Positions 1 to 13,349 of a stretch of 64,000 nt of DNA are shown in pieces (positions within the stretch are counted from its first letter, which is position 1; every line of letters starts with the position of its first letter). Source of the DNA: Blepharisma stoltei ATCC 30299 (taxonomy: Eukaryota; Protista; Ciliophora); assembly GCA_965603825.1 (NCBI GenBank), contig CBFDEM010000028.1, positions 496,001 through 560,000 of the forward strand. The letters run 5' to 3'. The translations under genes were made by a program, and so were the position numbers. Below the pieces are notes generated by a model that was given only the letters and a program-made list of their open reading frames with translations, was not told the DNA's origin and ran no database searches.

Positions 1-22
1 TTATATAAAATTGATAATTTAA

Positions 23-1603
23 ATGTCTTATTCTAAAACTGGGAAAAAGACCCAAAGACCTCAGCCAATCCGAAACAGAGCAGCTCCACCTTTAGAGCAA
101 TTTCAGCTTAACGACAACTATGATCTACAAAGATGAAATGTTATCAACATGCAATATAACTCCTTATTCAGAGAAAAGCCAGAAAACCCTAATAAATCCA
201 ATCAATCTCCAAACTCGTCTTTTTCTAAATCTCTTGACAGATCAGCAAAGCGCTTTGATAATCTTCCAAAGCCTACTTCTGAAGAACTCAAAGCAAGATA
301 TTATCATATTCCTCAATTGGTGGTAGAGAATGGAGAATTTAATGACCTTCCTAAACCGAAATTTATTTTGGAAGAAGCTGAGCGAAAGGTCGCCAAAAGG
401 ACAGAAGGGATTGACCAAAATAGTTTACCTTATGAGGTATATCTGAGAAGAATGGTCCAAGAAATTCATTTAATAAAGCTAGAAGATAAAGAAAATCAAT
501 GGAAAAATGAACTAGCCCAAGCTGAAGAAGCACTCAGAAGAGTCAAAGAAAGAAAAGACGAGCTCGAAAGCTTAGTGAAAAACAGGCAAGCCCACAAGCT
601 TATTGAGTCTGAAGGCAGCAAAGAGATATCAAAGCTGCTTGAATTAAAAGCAAAAGTTCAAAATGATATCGAAAAAATCGATGAAGCTAAAGGAATCCTA
701 AATAGCGAAGTAGACAACTTGCATAAAGAACTCGAAGAACTCTCAGATCAATTCTCTCATAGAGAAGCCCATTTATCTGATCAAATAGAAGCTATAAGCA
801 AAAGATTGACTATGAGTGATAATGAAAGGATTGAAAATATGGCTAAAGAAAAAACTCTTCTTTTAAGCAAGCAAAATGAGTTAATTTTACGAAAACAAGA
901 AGTCTATGAAAAATGAGAACAAGAAAATAAACAGCTTGTCGCGATTTATGAACAAACTGAAGATAAAAAAGCAGTTATTACTCAAGAGCTGCAAGAGCTG
1001 CAGATGCAGAAAGACAAACTGGAAGCAGAAAGAGAAGAATTTGAAAGAGAAAACGCGAAGTTTGAAGAAGAAATGCAGATTATTACAAATAATCAGCACA
1101 CTTTAATTTTACATAATAAATTTCAAGAAAAAGCTAAATCTCCAGAACTTGCACAAAAAATAACCGAAACAGTCCAAAAAGCAGCTGGGATGATATTAGA
1201 AATAATGAAAGAAAATAACTATATAAGTCCATCTCAGATTTCATCAGCTCTTTATACAGAAGACGATAGAAATGAAACTGCTATTTCGAGTAAGCAAGGA
1301 ATTTTGAAAGATATTCTTCTACAGCTAAAGCTTAAGCAAGACTCTCGTATGGAAGAAATTGATAAAAACAGCAGTGAACAAGCGTCAGTATTAAATTCGA
1401 GAATTGAAGAAGAAAAAACCAGACGGTCAAGATCTCCGTCACCCATTTCTAGAACTCCTAAAACCCCAATAAATGAAGGAAAAACTACTGCGTCTTTGAG
1501 GCTTAATAATTTATCTCAAAGGATTAATAATTCTATGTCAAAAAGCCTGAACTCCACATTTAATATGAAGAGCAACCGATCAATGATTAACCTTGATCTC
1601 TAA
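23..1603 (+). CDS. Hypothetical coiled-coil protein (~526 aa; 2 TGA=Trp)
   Basis: ATG at 23 is in frame with ORFs 149..916 and 1004..1603; only TGA interrupts; ends TAA; E/K-rich heptads. Confidence 0.75.
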
Positions 1604-1629
1604 ATTTTAATATAGACCTATTATAATAT

Positions 1630-2337
1630 ATGGAAATCACTATTACTGATCCTGATGATTACACACAAAGGCCAAGAATCTTTAGTCTTAATAGCATTGA
1701 TACTAGGAAGTCCACGAATTCTTTAAATATTCATTTGCCTACCCCCAAAGGCAGCCTATCTAGCTACTCTCGGATTAGTTTATTTTCACCAAAAACACCA
1801 AAAACACCGAAATCAACAAGAATCAAGTATAAGAATAAATCACATGGAAAAATAGATTTTCATACAAAAGAATTTTACGACAAAAACTTTTCACCTAAAA
1901 ACGTCGATTCTGAAATCATCAAAAGTGTTTTGGCCAAGACTTCTCATCCTACAACCGCCAATATTTTAGAAAAGAATCGACAAAAATTATATGAGAAACC
2001 TGCGCTGCCAAAAATCATAAAGGACCATATTAAGCTTCCAAAACACCCAGTGGAGCCTTCTAAAACTATAGATGCTGATGGCTATTTAACTAAAATCCAC
2101 AGCGCTGAAAGCTTAAAAAAGCTAAAATTTATGGTACGAGCAACAGAGTCAGATTTATCAGCAAAAATTGATGATTTAAAGAAATTAACAAAGGCTGATC
2201 TACAGGAGTTTAAAGAAATAAGGGCAAGAAGATGAAATCGCACGAAGTTCAGGGATTTTGAAAACGAATTAACTGGTAAAGAAATTTACAATATTTTGAA
2301 AAGACTGAAAAATCAACTTAAAAAGTTTGTTTACTAG
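1630..2337 (+). CDS. Hypothetical basic low-complexity protein (~235 aa; 1 TGA=Trp)
   Basis: ORF 1630..2235 reads through TGA and ends at TAG 2335-2337. Confidence 0.65.
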
Positions 2338-2383
2338 CTGTCGATATATAATTAAAAATCGTGTTTATATAATCGCTTATTAA

Positions 2384-2923
2384 TTAACTCTGGGCTTTTT
2401 GTGTATACTTTGCTTTTCCAATATCAAATGGCAAATATCCGTGCTTATACATGTGTGCGATTTGTCTTCTCATCGTCGCTATAAATAGCACAACAAAATA
2501 GATAACTAATATAGGCCAAAATACCATGATATCGAAAGCATCAATAAAAGTGCAAAATATAGCAGCCACAGTCCCAATTACAGTGCTTCGCCAAAAATTG
2601 AATTCTCCTAATTTCCTTATAAATGGTTTATACTCATCTGATTCTCGTATCGGCAGCACTGGATTATCAAAATCCTCGTCTTCCATATCTGAGCTTATCG
2701 GAGTCAAGAATCCTAAGAACAAATTGAGTATAAAAATAGCCAAACAATAAGAAACTACATAATAGCCTATATAAATGATACCTCCTCTTACGACAACTCT
2801 CAGTGTGTATAAAAAAAGAAGAGAAACAGCGAAGATTCACCTTTTCCCAATATGAGGAATCGCTTTGTCTCGATAAGTTTGCAGGCGCTGCCAGAGTTTA
2901 TGTTTGAGACCTGAGTTTTCCAT
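2384..2923 (-). CDS. RER1: Rer1 Golgi-to-ER retrieval receptor; probable 15-nt intron 2767..2781
   Basis: Motifs DKAIPHIGKR(W=TGA), LNLFLGFLTP, EYKPFIRKLGEFNFW, FWPILVIYF, TMRRQIAHMYKHGYLPFDIGK; ATG at 2923. Confidence 0.93.
2767..2781 (-). other. 15-nt spliceosomal intron (in frame, no stop) GTATCATTTATATAG
   Basis: Matches the window's intron consensus; removal gives RVVVRGGYYVVSY, which fits Rer1 spacing. Confidence 0.75.
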
Positions 2924-2964
2924 ATATAAACTTATAAGTTAATTAGCTAAATTTGTTGTTAAGG

Positions 2965-3285
2965 TTACTTATGGCGTAATCTCTGCATGACTGCTCTCAT
3001 GTATTCTCTTTTGCGCATGCCTCTTCTGTGAGTTCCAACCCTTCTCTTTGCAACTTTGAGGGCTTTCTTTTCATCTTTGGAGCTGCCAGCCTGTAAAAGT
3101 TCAAGAATTTTTCTTTCATAAGGTGCAAACCCAGTGACATCTCTGATCACAGCTCTTACGGTCTCAGTGCGTTTGCTGAGCTTCCCTTTTCTGTTAGAAG
3201 GTCTTGCCTTTTTCTCAAGTTTCGTCACAACATGACCTTTGGTGAGTTGCTTAGCCTTCTTAGCTGCCTTTCCAGGTTTAGCCAT
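2965..3285 (-). CDS. RPL36: 60S ribosomal protein L36 (eL36)
   Basis: [41 protein letters not shown]. Confidence 0.97.
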   Translation of the reverse strand: MAKPGKAAKKAKQLTKGHVVTKLEKKARPSNRKGKLSKRTETVRAVIRDVTGFAPYERKILELLQAGSSKDEKKALKVAKRRVGTHRRGMRKREYMRAVMQRLRHK

Positions 3286-3387
3286 TATATATAATATCCT
3301 GACCTTTCATTTCTATTAACACAACTAATTCCAAAAATACTTATATTTTTATCTCGTTATGATTTATAATTCAAATTTAAAGAATTA

Positions 3388-3999
3388 TTACTTTCCGCAG
3401 CAGCCTTTTTTGGCTTTTGGCTCAGCTGTTTTTTGGACCCTTATACTTCCAGTTGTCCCTAAAGCTTCACCTAGCCTTTTATCTTTAATTTCTTTGGCGA
3501 TATGATAAAATGTTTCATTGACATTAATATTTGTCTTGGCACTGGCTTCAAAGAACTTGATTCCGAGCTCCCTCGCTAAAGCTTCACCTTGCTCAGTGCT
3601 GATTTTCTTATCAGGCCTATCGCATTTATTTCCAATAAGAACCTTAGCTACGTTTTCATTGGCATGCATTTTGATTTGTTGGACCCAGTTACGAATGTTA
3701 TTAAAGGATTTTTCATCAGTGCAGTCATAGGCAAGAATAATTCCCATGGCTCCTTTATAATAAGTCTGCGTAATAGTTCGAAACCGCTCTTGGCCTGCAG
3801 TATCCCAGATCTGAAGTTTAATGGTTTTTCCTTCAATATCTATTGTTTTTAGTTTGAAATCAATTCCAATTGTTGTAAGATGCGATGCTGTAAAATTGTC
3901 ATCAGAAAAACGAAGCAAAAAGCAGGTTTTGCCTACACCTGAGTCTCCAATGATCAACAGTTTTATTAGGTAGTCGTATTGTGCTGCGCTCCTAGCCAT
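3388..3999 (-). CDS. RAB8: Rab8/Sec4-family small GTPase
   Basis: [50 protein letters not shown]-terminal CC prenylation site. Confidence 0.93.
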   Translation of the reverse strand: MARSAAQYDYLIKLLIIGDSGVGKTCFLLRFSDDNFTASHLTTIGIDFKLKTIDIEGKTIKLQIWDTAGQERFRTITQTYYKGAMGIILAYDCTDEKSFNNIRNWVQQIKMHANENVAKVLIGNKCDRPDKKISTEQGEALARELGIKFFEASAKTNINVNETFYHIAKEIKDKRLGEALGTTGSIRVQKTAEPKAKKGCCGK

Positions 4000-4067
4000 A
4001 TATTTTTATAAGACACTGAATTTTTTGTTACAAATAAAGGATTATTTATTAAGCAACCATGTGGAGA

Positions 4068-4658
4068 TTAAAAATTATCATTTTTTGGATGCAGGCGCTT
4101 TGGAGGAAGCATAGGTTCATCTAGTGAAATCCGTTTCCTTTTTAGACTGCTGAAACTCACTGTTTCTAGTGCGCTAGGCAAAGAATATTTTTTTGAAAAT
4201 GAAGTTCTTTGGCTTGCAGATGGTGTTACCCCATATGAACTTCTTGAAAGCATTGAAAGTTTTCTCCCTTCATATAAGAACTCTCTGTTTTCCTTGCTGC
4301 AGTCTGGAGTTGGGCCTTTGCTCGTTAAATATGCACTATCCTTGCTGCATTGTGAGAAGTCTTTTCTTTTTTCTTTGTAAGCGGTTGATCCTGTCTCGTG
4401 GTATTCTTTAATTTCTTTGGAATCTTCTATAAATTTAACAGGCTTTTTTATACTCCTGCTTAAACTTTGCCGCATTCCTGATGGAGTTTTTGCCCTGGCT
4501 TTAAGCTTTTCTGTATCAGCATTTCCAGATAGAAAAAACCTCCTTTGTGACTGTGTTTCTTTGCGTTTCTTGGACAGTTTAAAAATAATTTCTTCATTTC
4601 TTTTGGCCAATTCTTTGTCTCTACCTTTTTCTTTAATAGTAAATCTGCTAACTGGCAT
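4068..4658 (-). CDS. Hypothetical basic S/K/R-rich protein (196 aa)
   Basis: Uninterrupted ATG-TAA ORF filling the gap between neighbours; no domain recognised. Confidence 0.6.
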   Translation of the reverse strand: MPVSRFTIKEKGRDKELAKRNEEIIFKLSKKRKETQSQRRFFLSGNADTEKLKARAKTPSGMRQSLSRSIKKPVKFIEDSKEIKEYHETGSTAYKEKRKDFSQCSKDSAYLTSKGPTPDCSKENREFLYEGRKLSMLSRSSYGVTPSASQRTSFSKKYSLPSALETVSFSSLKRKRISLDEPMLPPKRLHPKNDNF

Positions 4659-4793
4659 TTTGAATTTAATTATGTCATATCCCGCTATATGAGATCTGAC
4701 ATTACCTATTTCTGAAGAAAATGGGATATATAATATTGTTATTCAATTTTATGATATTTAGATATTAGTGCATTTTTTATAATAAATATTAGC

Positions 4794-5345
4794 ATGATCA
4801 AAATATTTGGACCAAAAGCTTCTAAGCGTGACGAAGAAGAAAAGAAAGAAGAAGGAGGAGCCAGACGCAGAACCGCTGGTGAAATCCGACTTCAAAAAGA
4901 GCTGGGCGAGCTAGATCTCCCAAGAAACGTAAGAATTACTTTCCCTAATGACAATGACATTATGAATTTCGTTATTGACTTGACTGTTGACGACAATACT
5001 TCACTTTGGTATGGAGCTTCTTATAATTTTACCTTTACAGTCCCAATCGCTTACCCTCATGAGCCGCCACGTGTCCATTGCAACACAAAGATTTATCACC
5101 CAAATATTGACCTTAGAGGGAATGTTTGTCTGAATATTTTGAGGGGCGACTGAAAGCCAGTTCTTTGCATTAGTGCTGTCATTTTGGGGCTTAATTTCTT
5201 GTTTTTAGAGCCAAATCCGAATGACCCATTGAATCAGCAAGCAGCAGAGTTGATGAGAAATAATATTGAGAGATTTAATGATAATGTAAGAAGATCATTA
5301 AGAGGAGGAGCAGTTGATGGAGAGCAGTACCCAAGACTTCTATAG
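4794..5345 (+). CDS. UBC12: NEDD8-conjugating E2 enzyme Ubc12 (183 aa)
   Basis: N-terminal MIKIF, GEIRLQKELGEL, YHPNIDLRGNVCLNILRGD(W=TGA)KPVL, EPNPNDPLN; stop TAG 5343-5345. Confidence 0.95.
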
Positions 5346-5900
5346 ATAAGCTAATCTTTTTAGTATTTATGATAGCATAAGAATAATAATAATCCCATAA
5401 GTTTATTGAAGTTGAATTAAGATTGATAGTAAATATTGGAAATATGCGTGGTTTATGATTTGTAGAACACTGAGCAAGAAATTCTATTAATAGAATTATA
5501 GGAAAAATATTTATGTTTTTTGTTTTAGTATTTTGCTTAAGTCTAAATAATTATTATGAGACCAATCACCTTTAGAAAATTTAATTTTGCAAGAAATCTT
5601 GGATATACTTATTCATACTTATTTTAAAATTTTAAGAATTCTATTAATAGTCTGAATAAATAAAAAAAAGTGCAGCTGTTTATAAGCAGAAGTTCTAGAA
5701 GTCTTGATAAATTGAAATTTTAAGCATTGAATTAAGTTGTTCACTTATAATAATATATAAGGGTTATCTTTACTACTGAAATTTTTCAAGGAACCCAAAA
5801 ACATAAAAAAATTCTGACAAATCTAATTAATCATCGATTTATTAGTCCCATATTTTTTGTATATCATAATTATTTAGGCATTAATCATACACTTATAATT

Positions 5901-7559
5901 ATGGATCAAAAATTAAGCACTAGAGTCCAACTATTCATAAGTGGAAGAAATCTTAAAGATCTTGACGTATGGAGTAAAAGTGACCCAATCTGCATAGTTT
6001 CAATGCATGATAGCAACAATTCTTCCCCTATAGAGGTAGGCAGGACAGAATTAATTCAAAACAATCTCAACCCAAATTGGACCACTTCAATTCCATTGGA
6101 CTACTATTTTGAAGTGCAGCAACACCTAACATTTACTATATATGATAGTGATGGCAGTTCATATGAGCATATTGGAAGTTTTGAAACCACTCTTGGATAT
6201 CTCGTAGGCAAAGGTACAGCTGTAGAAGATTTACATGGAAAGCATAAGCATCATCATCGTAACGAGAAACCTACAGGAAAAATTATTATTAGAGCTGAAG
6301 AAGTTAAATTTTCAAGAGATGTGGTATTTTTCCAATTTTGTGCACATCACGTTGACAAAATGGACACATTTGGGAAAAGTGACCCATATCTTCATATATA
6401 TAGAATGAGAGATGATGGACAATGGATAAAGGTCTACTCTACTGAGGTCATCAAAAAAACTTTAGATCCTATATGAAAACCTTTTGAAATTTCAAGCGAA
6501 AAGCTATGTGCAGGAGATGAGAATAAACCTCTAAGAATTGAGTGCTGGGACTGGGATAGCAACTCTTCAGATGACTTAATAGGGCAGTGCAATACTACAC
6601 TTGCTGACCTGCTTCAGCCACATTTTCAGATAGATATAATTAATCCTAAAAAACAAGCCAAAAAGAAATACAAAAATTCAGGAGTTTTAGAAGTTTTGCA
6701 GGTCGCAAAAAAGAAAGTATATTCTTTTATTGACTATTTGAGAGGTGGGACTCAGTTTACGATGATGGTTGCAATTGATTTTACAGGCAGCAATGGGGAC
6801 TATACCATGCCGAATTCACTGCATTATTTAAGCAATACAAATCAAAATGAATATGAAAGAGCTATATGGGCTGTTGGAAGCATTCTTGACAATTATGATA
6901 TGAGCAAAATGTACCCAGTTTTCGGCTTTGGAGGAAAACCTGAATGGATTGGGCATGTAGATCACTGCTTTCCTCTTAATGGAAATCCTCAGAACCCCTT
7001 TATACTTAGCGTCCAAGGGATTGTTCAAGCTTACCACCAGGCCCTTCCACGAGTCCAACTCTCAGGTCCTACCCTTTTCCAGCACGTCATAAGAAATGCA
7101 ATGAATATTGCTCAAATGACTCCTCCAGGACAATTTTACCATGTATTACTACTTATGACAGATGGAGAAATCCACGATATGGATATCACGTTATCCCTTG
7201 TGGTCCAAGCTTCTGCATTACCTTTAAGTATCATAATTGTTGGCCTTGGCAATGAAGATTTCAGAAACATGGAAATTCTTGACTCTGATACTGGGCTTCT
7301 TAGAGATCGTGAAGGAAGACAAGCTTCAAGAGATATTGTCCAGTTTGTGCCTTTTAGAAAGTATGGTGGCAATCCTCACTTGCTTGCTCAAGAAGTCCTT
7401 GCTGAGATACCTAAGCAGATTACGGATTATATGCAAAGGATTGGGCATGTTCCTATTCTGCCTGAAGAAATGCCGCTAGAAATGATGATGCCAATTTCTT
7501 CCACTCCTCCGCCTCCACCTCCTCCAGAAGGTAGCGCTCCTTCTATAGAGGAATCTTAG
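5901..7559 (+). CDS. Copine (C2-C2-vWA, proline-rich tail; 552 aa)
   Basis: KSDP motifs in two C2 domains, LDPI(W=TGA)KPF, AIDFTGSNG, LSGPTLF, SIIIVGLG, RDIVQFVPF. Confidence 0.95.
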
Positions 7560-7703
7560 TTTAATTTTCTTATATCAAATCATTTTAAGAAACTACATCT
7601 TCGCATGCCAAAAGAAACTTGGCAATTAGAAAAATTTTAAATTTATCATATAAACCTCTAAAAAATAGCAAAAATCCATGAAATCGGTCTGTTTATTGAT
7701 AAG

Positions 7704-7907
7704 TTACTTCAATCTTCTAGCTTCTCTTTCACTTTCCAACAAAGCAAGCATATCTCCTTCTTTAACAGGGCCTTTTACATTTCTCACAAGGGTTCTCCCA
7801 CTTTCATCACCATGAAGAACAACACGGACTTGTGTAATTCCACCTCGTGATCCTGTCCTTCCAAGTAATTTTTGTACGGTGGCAAGAATGTGAGTTTGTT
7901 CTTCCAT
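7704..7907 (-). CDS. RPS28: 40S ribosomal protein S28
   Basis: [33 protein letters not shown]. Confidence 0.98.
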   Translation of the reverse strand: MEEQTHILATVQKLLGRTGSRGGITQVRVVLHGDESGRTLVRNVKGPVKEGDMLALLESEREARRLK

Positions 7908-7994
7908 TATTTATTAACTACCCATTAATCTCATTTCTGACTTTAAACAATATAAAAGGTATAGGAAATTATTTATTAGTTAATTTCTTAGTGT

Positions 7995-8510
7995 TTATGT
8001 GCAAAAAGATCTCCTGATTTTGGCTGGGACTTTATCAATAGGTGTTTCTTGAAAAGTGATATCAGGATCTGGCTTATGCTTTCCATAAGGTGATCGAGGG
8101 AACAAAGGCACTTTCATTGTAGTGACTGACACTGATTTCTGTCGATTGACAAGATCAATTTTTAATGAATCTTTCAATATTTTGTAAGGAATCGCAAAGC
8201 GGAACAGCTTTGAGCTGTGGTTCGAGCTTTGGTCAAATGTAGAGCCATGCCGTGGCGGATTGATCGTATTTTTTATTAAGTTTACGGTCATCAGATATGG
8301 AGAGATTTTGTTTTTTATTGAAGGCAATTTCATAGCTTTTTGGGGTTTATTGGCAGTAATTTCTTGGGAAGCTGATTTCGTATGGCTTATTAATTGTTTT
8401 TGGGGCTGTTTAGGCATCCGCTTGCGTTTTCAGGTTTGAGCTTGTAGAATATTTTCAATATCGCTTGAACTTTGAGTCGGCTGTTCTTGATTAGCAGTTT
8501 TCATTTCCAT
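7995..8510 (-). CDS. Hypothetical basic protein (~171 aa; 1 TGA=Trp)
   Basis: ORF 7995..8417 extends through one TGA to ATG at 8510 (MEMKTANQE). Confidence 0.55.
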
Positions 8511-9492
8511 TTTAGAAAGAAAGTTGCAACTTTGATGTCCAAAAATATTTAATATATTACAAATGTGAAAATCAAAAAGTTAAGAAAAAGAAGAGATTCA
8601 GCAGCTTTAGTTAATTATGAATAAATTCAGAAGTTCAGAGATAATTTATAAGAAGCATCTCTATTTATCTTTGTATTTAGGCTATGCGACTTTATATATG
8701 GTGTAATTAATAATTGCCATCTGCTGAAAGTCAACCCACACAAACTCGAATGAGAAGGTTATCAATTATATGAAGACTGCATTATAAAAGAAAAAGACCT
8801 GCATATGTAATAAATTAATTGCATGCTTTGGATAGCCTGAAATTATTATATTGAAGTTAACAACTTTAAAGCCAATAGCACTTATTTTGCATCGTAGCAT
8901 AAATTCTTGAATTCAAAAGCTATAATATTATATAATAGCAATAGCTTTTCACAGTATAAATAAGCTTGAGTCTTTAAGTTTGCGCTGCCTCAACAATTTT
9001 TTGAATTTTTGCTTGAATTCTATTATTTTTTTACAAAAGCGATATTTAGATCAATATCAATATATACCTCAAATGGATTTCAAAATATTAAATTAATCTT
9101 TCATAAGACTTAGGCAATTTTAATAAAAATTGCAAATTATAATAAAAGAAAAATGGTCTTTTTCTTTCTTAAACTAATTATTTTAGATCTTCAGATCTGA
9201 ATAGACGGTTCTCCTATCCAAATAAACTTTAGGGTCAACAATTTTAAAACTAATTTCCATCATAGTTAAAGCCTAAAATTAAGTAGCCTATAAAACTAAA
9301 CGAATGATCCTAATATGACAGCTCCCATTTTGTCTATTTTTGAAAGCTTTTCCCTATTGTAATTTATTTCATATATCAGTTTTGCATTCTTGTTCCTTTA
9401 ATTCTTTTATGTATTTTCAGACATTTTAGGTCTGTCAGTTTATCAATCATTAATTTTTAGCCATAATAGGAGAGTTATTAATAAAAGCAATT

Positions 9493-11226
9493 ATGTCGAA
9501 AAAGGCAAAAATATTAAGACAATCTCATATAAAATTGGAAGATCTCCCTCAGGAGATCCTAGTGAAGATATATACAGATTTCTTAGACTTTAGTGATTGA
9601 GGAAGAATAGCTTGCTCTAGCAGCTGGCAGTGAAATATTATAGAGATATGTTGATCAACTGTTCGCGTTCTCAATTTCTACAGTCTTCCTCTTATGAGAC
9701 CATCAGATTTCAAAACTGTTATAAAAAAATGCACTCGGCTGAAGAAACTCAGATTAGATTGTACTTATTTAGACTTGAGCTCACTTGCTTATATTCCCAC
9801 AGGACTTCAAGAGTTTAGACTTGAGTCTTTGGATCGGCTTATAAGCGACCCTGAATTTTTACCCGTTCTAGAGAGATTTCAGTTTCTAAATGTCTTAAAG
9901 CTCTCAGTATTTAACAAATCTTTAAGCTACAAGATAGTTCAAGACCAATGGCTTAATTTTCTTTCAACTACAAATATAGCTTCTTTTGAAATCGAAAATA
10001 TCCCGATAGTCCCTTTTAATCAGCTGAAAAATGTCCCTGGTTTGAGTATGGACATAATTGAAAATTTTCTTGGGCTTAAAAAACTTAAAATTTGGAATTC
10101 TGTTGTACAAAAATTTCCTTCAGGTCTAGAAAAGTTAAAGATCACATCAAGTCAAGATTCTAAAGTAAATTGCCTAGGACTAAACGATATGACTTTTAGA
10201 ATTCTAGAAAATTCTTGCTCAAGGATTAAAAAGCTAAAAATTGTTGACTCTAAAACCAGGATAAATGATAATGATTCTTTAACCAATGCTTCTATAGCGC
10301 TAATATGCAAAAAATGGAGTAAAATAAAGCACTTGTGGCTGACTTCATATTCAGAAGTAGGGGTCAATTACGTTGACGAAAATTCAATTATAGACTTATT
10401 TAATACATGTTGTGATATGCGGACGCTAGGTCTTGATAACTTTAAGCAGCTTTCTGATATATGTGTAGAAGCATTATGTAATAAAAGCCCAAATCTAGAA
10501 ACATTATCACTCTCTTTTACCCGTATTTCTGATTCATCTCTAATTCATATTTCTTCACTTAAAAAACTTCAATATTTAAGCTTAAGGAACTGTAAGAAAT
10601 TATCTGAACCAGGATTGATTGAGCTGCTCCGTGATCTACCAGAACTTGAAGCTCTTAATTTTTCAGCGACATCTAATATCACTGATCAAGTGATATCTGT
10701 GTTGGCAAGTAATTGCAGAAATCTTAAGCAGCTAGTATTGAATGATGCAAGAATAACCTCTCTAGAACCCATTTCAAATATGGCAAACCTCAGTGATTTA
10801 TCAATAGTTGGCTGTAAAGGCTTAAATAATTCAGAAAATTTCAGATTTTTAGTGAGGCTGCATAACCTTTGTAATCTGACAATTGTTGGGAGTAAAATAT
10901 TGACTCATGATGATTTTGCTTTTTTGATGGATGGAATTGGGAAAAACTTAAGAAAGCTGAGGTTTGATGGCTGCCAAAACCTGAATGATCAAAGCTTTCT
11001 TAAAATTGCCCAAGTAGGTAAAAGAGTCAGAATTCTTACGATGAAAAATATTGTTCTTACAAATCAAATTCTGGGGTATCTTGGATTAATGTGGTCGAAC
11101 TTAAAACAAATTTCTGTGTCTAATCTGCTTTCGAATGGGCAAAATAAAGAAATTACCCATCATGGCCATGAGTTTAGAATAGTGTTGGAAGTCAATGGAG
11201 AGACCTTGTATTTTTCATCATCATAA
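9493..11226 (+). CDS. F-box/LRR-repeat protein (FBXL-like, ~577 aa)
   Basis: ATG 9493; F-box LEDLPQEILVKIYTDFLDFSD(W)GRIACSSSWQ(W) with 3 TGA in this N-terminal region; followed by cysteine-containing LRRs (LxxLxLxxCxxLSD type). Confidence 0.88.
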
Positions 11227-11502
11227 TGTCTTATAAATAGTAAATTTAAATAGTAAATAATAAATTATTGTGCGAGATTGGAGCTTTTGAGACTGAAAGT
11301 ATATAAAATTCAAAAAAATCGTCAACTATTATAAATGCTCAATTTTTTTTAAGAATTTTTGGAAATAATTTCAGGTGATAGATTTTAAAACAAATTGCAA
11401 AATTAGTGGCTAGTCATGATGATATAATTTTAGTCATCATGCTTTTTTTAATACTTTAATTATGATAGCTTAAAATGATTTTTCTATGCATACAGAATTA
11501 AA

Positions 11503-12369
11503 ATGGATACTCATAGTGCTGGGGAATGGGATATTCATGCTCTGCAAGGAAGAATGCTTGGATCAGAAGAATTAGATGCTCTTAGTAATCAATTAGGCAT
11601 TAAGATCCCAGACTGCGTTTTTGGTAACAGCATTGTATCTTTCCAAAATCCTGCATCGGGCTTTATATATAAGTTTTCTGCTGATAAAGCCCTCGAAATG
11701 TGCGGATTTGAAGCAAGAACCCAAAAACTCTACACAGAAGGCGAGCTTAAATTCGACCACATAAATGTGATCCCAAATGAAGTCCAAGTATCAATGGCAT
11801 CTAAATGGGCAGCCAAAACAATCCCAAGGGACGCAGCTTTTGCAACCCCTCATACTCCTCAAGTCCCTGCAGAAATATGCAGTCGCGGAAGAGATTGGAC
11901 ATATTCATCTCCATATAAAGGGACAGTCGAAGGAATTGATGGAAATCCAATACCTGAGACCGTAAGAATTGCAATTACAGAAGAGGCTATCCCTTATAAT
12001 ATGTTAGGAATTGAAAATCCGATCTTATGGGCACATGAGGTGATATTTTTCGAAGATGAGCTTGATGACAATGGGCAGTCAAAATTCCATATCAGGGTTA
12101 GAGCAATGCAGGACTGCTTTTATGCGCTTATTAGAAGTTATTTGAGAGTAGACCATGTGGTTGTAAGAATTATGGACACAAGAGTATTTCATAAGTTTGA
12201 CGAGAGGAAAATATTAAGAGAATTCCAAATGAGAGAAGCGTCGTATGATGAACTAAGAGCAAGAGGGTTTAATTTTCCTCCACAATGGGCCATTGATCCT
12301 AGAGAGAGTGACTTAATTTATGAAAGATTGCCGGTGATTGGAATTTTCAGGGATGAAATCACTTATTAA
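11503..12369 (+). CDS. TIPRL: TIP41-like PP2A/TOR regulator
   Basis: PDCVFG, DWTYSSPYKG, FFEDELDDNG, RVRAM, LRVDHVVVRIMDTRVFH. Confidence 0.93.
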   Translation: MDTHSAGEWDIHALQGRMLGSEELDALSNQLGIKIPDCVFGNSIVSFQNPASGFIYKFSADKALEMCGFEARTQKLYTEGELKFDHINVIPNEVQVSMASKWAAKTIPRDAAFATPHTPQVPAEICSRGRDWTYSSPYKGTVEGIDGNPIPETVRIAITEEAIPYNMLGIENPILWAHEVIFFEDELDDNGQSKFHIRVRAMQDCFYALIRSYLRVDHVVVRIMDTRVFHKFDERKILREFQMREASYDELRARGFNFPPQWAIDPRESDLIYERLPVIGIFRDEITY

Positions 12370-12504
12370 AAAATTATTTCTAAATACCAAATATTACCTT
12401 TTTCCAATAATTTAACAATTATAGCTGCATCCTTAACATCTAAAGTATGCAAAAAAACAATAATTTAAAAATATTTCGCTCAAATTGATTAAACTATTAG
12501 CCAT

Positions 12505-13281
12505 TTAAGCATTAGCAGCTGGCTTTTGAGTCTTTGCACCTCTCAGTCTTCCAGTTCTCCTAGCTGCAATAAGTCCGACCTTTTGTCCAGGTGGTGCGCT
12601 TCTCTTAACAGTGCTAGGATGTCCAATGTGTTGATGATTTCCACCTCCATGTGGATGTTCTACAGGGTTCATGGCCACACCTCTAACCTTTGGCCAGCAA
12701 TTTCTTTTGACTCTGTATTTGTGGTAAGCTCTTCCAGCCTTCATGATTGGTTTTTCGTTTCTTCCGCCTCCAGCGACAATTCCAATCATAGCTCTGCATG
12801 AAGAATCAACAGTTTTTCTGGCTCCACTTGGAAGTCTAATTCTGGTCCTGGTCCCATCATCAGATTGTCCAATAACAGCGCAGGCAGTCCCTGAAGTTCT
12901 TCCTATTGTGCCTCTGTCTCCGTATCTCCCTTCAACATTGCAAACTTCGGTACCTTCTGGCATCTGTGAGAGTGGAAGGACATTGCCAACAGTGAGTTGA
13001 GCGTCTTGGCCACAATAAATGTATTGGCCTGAGTACATACCTTCTGTTGCAATAAAAGTTTCAATATGTTGACGATAACGATATGGATCTCTGAAAACTA
13101 CTCTCGCTAATGGTGCACCACGACCTGGGTCATGAATAATTTCTTTTACTACTCCTCTGATATAGCCATTTCGTTCTGAATAATCTAAAGCTCGGAATTT
13201 AGGGACACCTTTGCGGTGGGCTACGTGGGCTTTGAAAATTGCCGCACCTCCTTTACGTTGAGCTCTGATTCTGCGACCCAT
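12505..13281 (-). CDS. RPL8: 60S ribosomal protein L8 (uL2)
   Basis: [46 protein letters not shown]. Confidence 0.99.
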   Translation of the reverse strand: MGRRIRAQRKGGAAIFKAHVAHRKGVPKFRALDYSERNGYIRGVVKEIIHDPGRGAPLARVVFRDPYRYRQHIETFIATEGMYSGQYIYCGQDAQLTVGNVLPLSQMPEGTEVCNVEGRYGDRGTIGRTSGTACAVIGQSDDGTRTRIRLPSGARKTVDSSCRAMIGIVAGGGRNEKPIMKAGRAYHKYRVKRNCWPKVRGVAMNPVEHPHGGGNHQHIGHPSTVKRSAPPGQKVGLIAARRTGRLRGAKTQKPAANA

Positions 13282-13349
13282 ATTTTATAGCCACTGATAG
13301 ATGTTAATATGGAAATGGATAAGTTTGGATTATTTATCAATAGATTAAG

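Noticed and set aside
8511-9492. ~1-kb intergenic region as possible IES, transposon or pseudogene
   Set aside because: Only short stop-ridden frames; no terminal repeats or recognisable motifs by eye
11415-11450. Hairpin CATGATGA...TCATCATG followed by a T-run, with a box C-like ATGATGA
   Set aside because: Only an 8-bp stem in AT-rich DNA; no box D at a suitable distance; rho-independent terminators do not apply here
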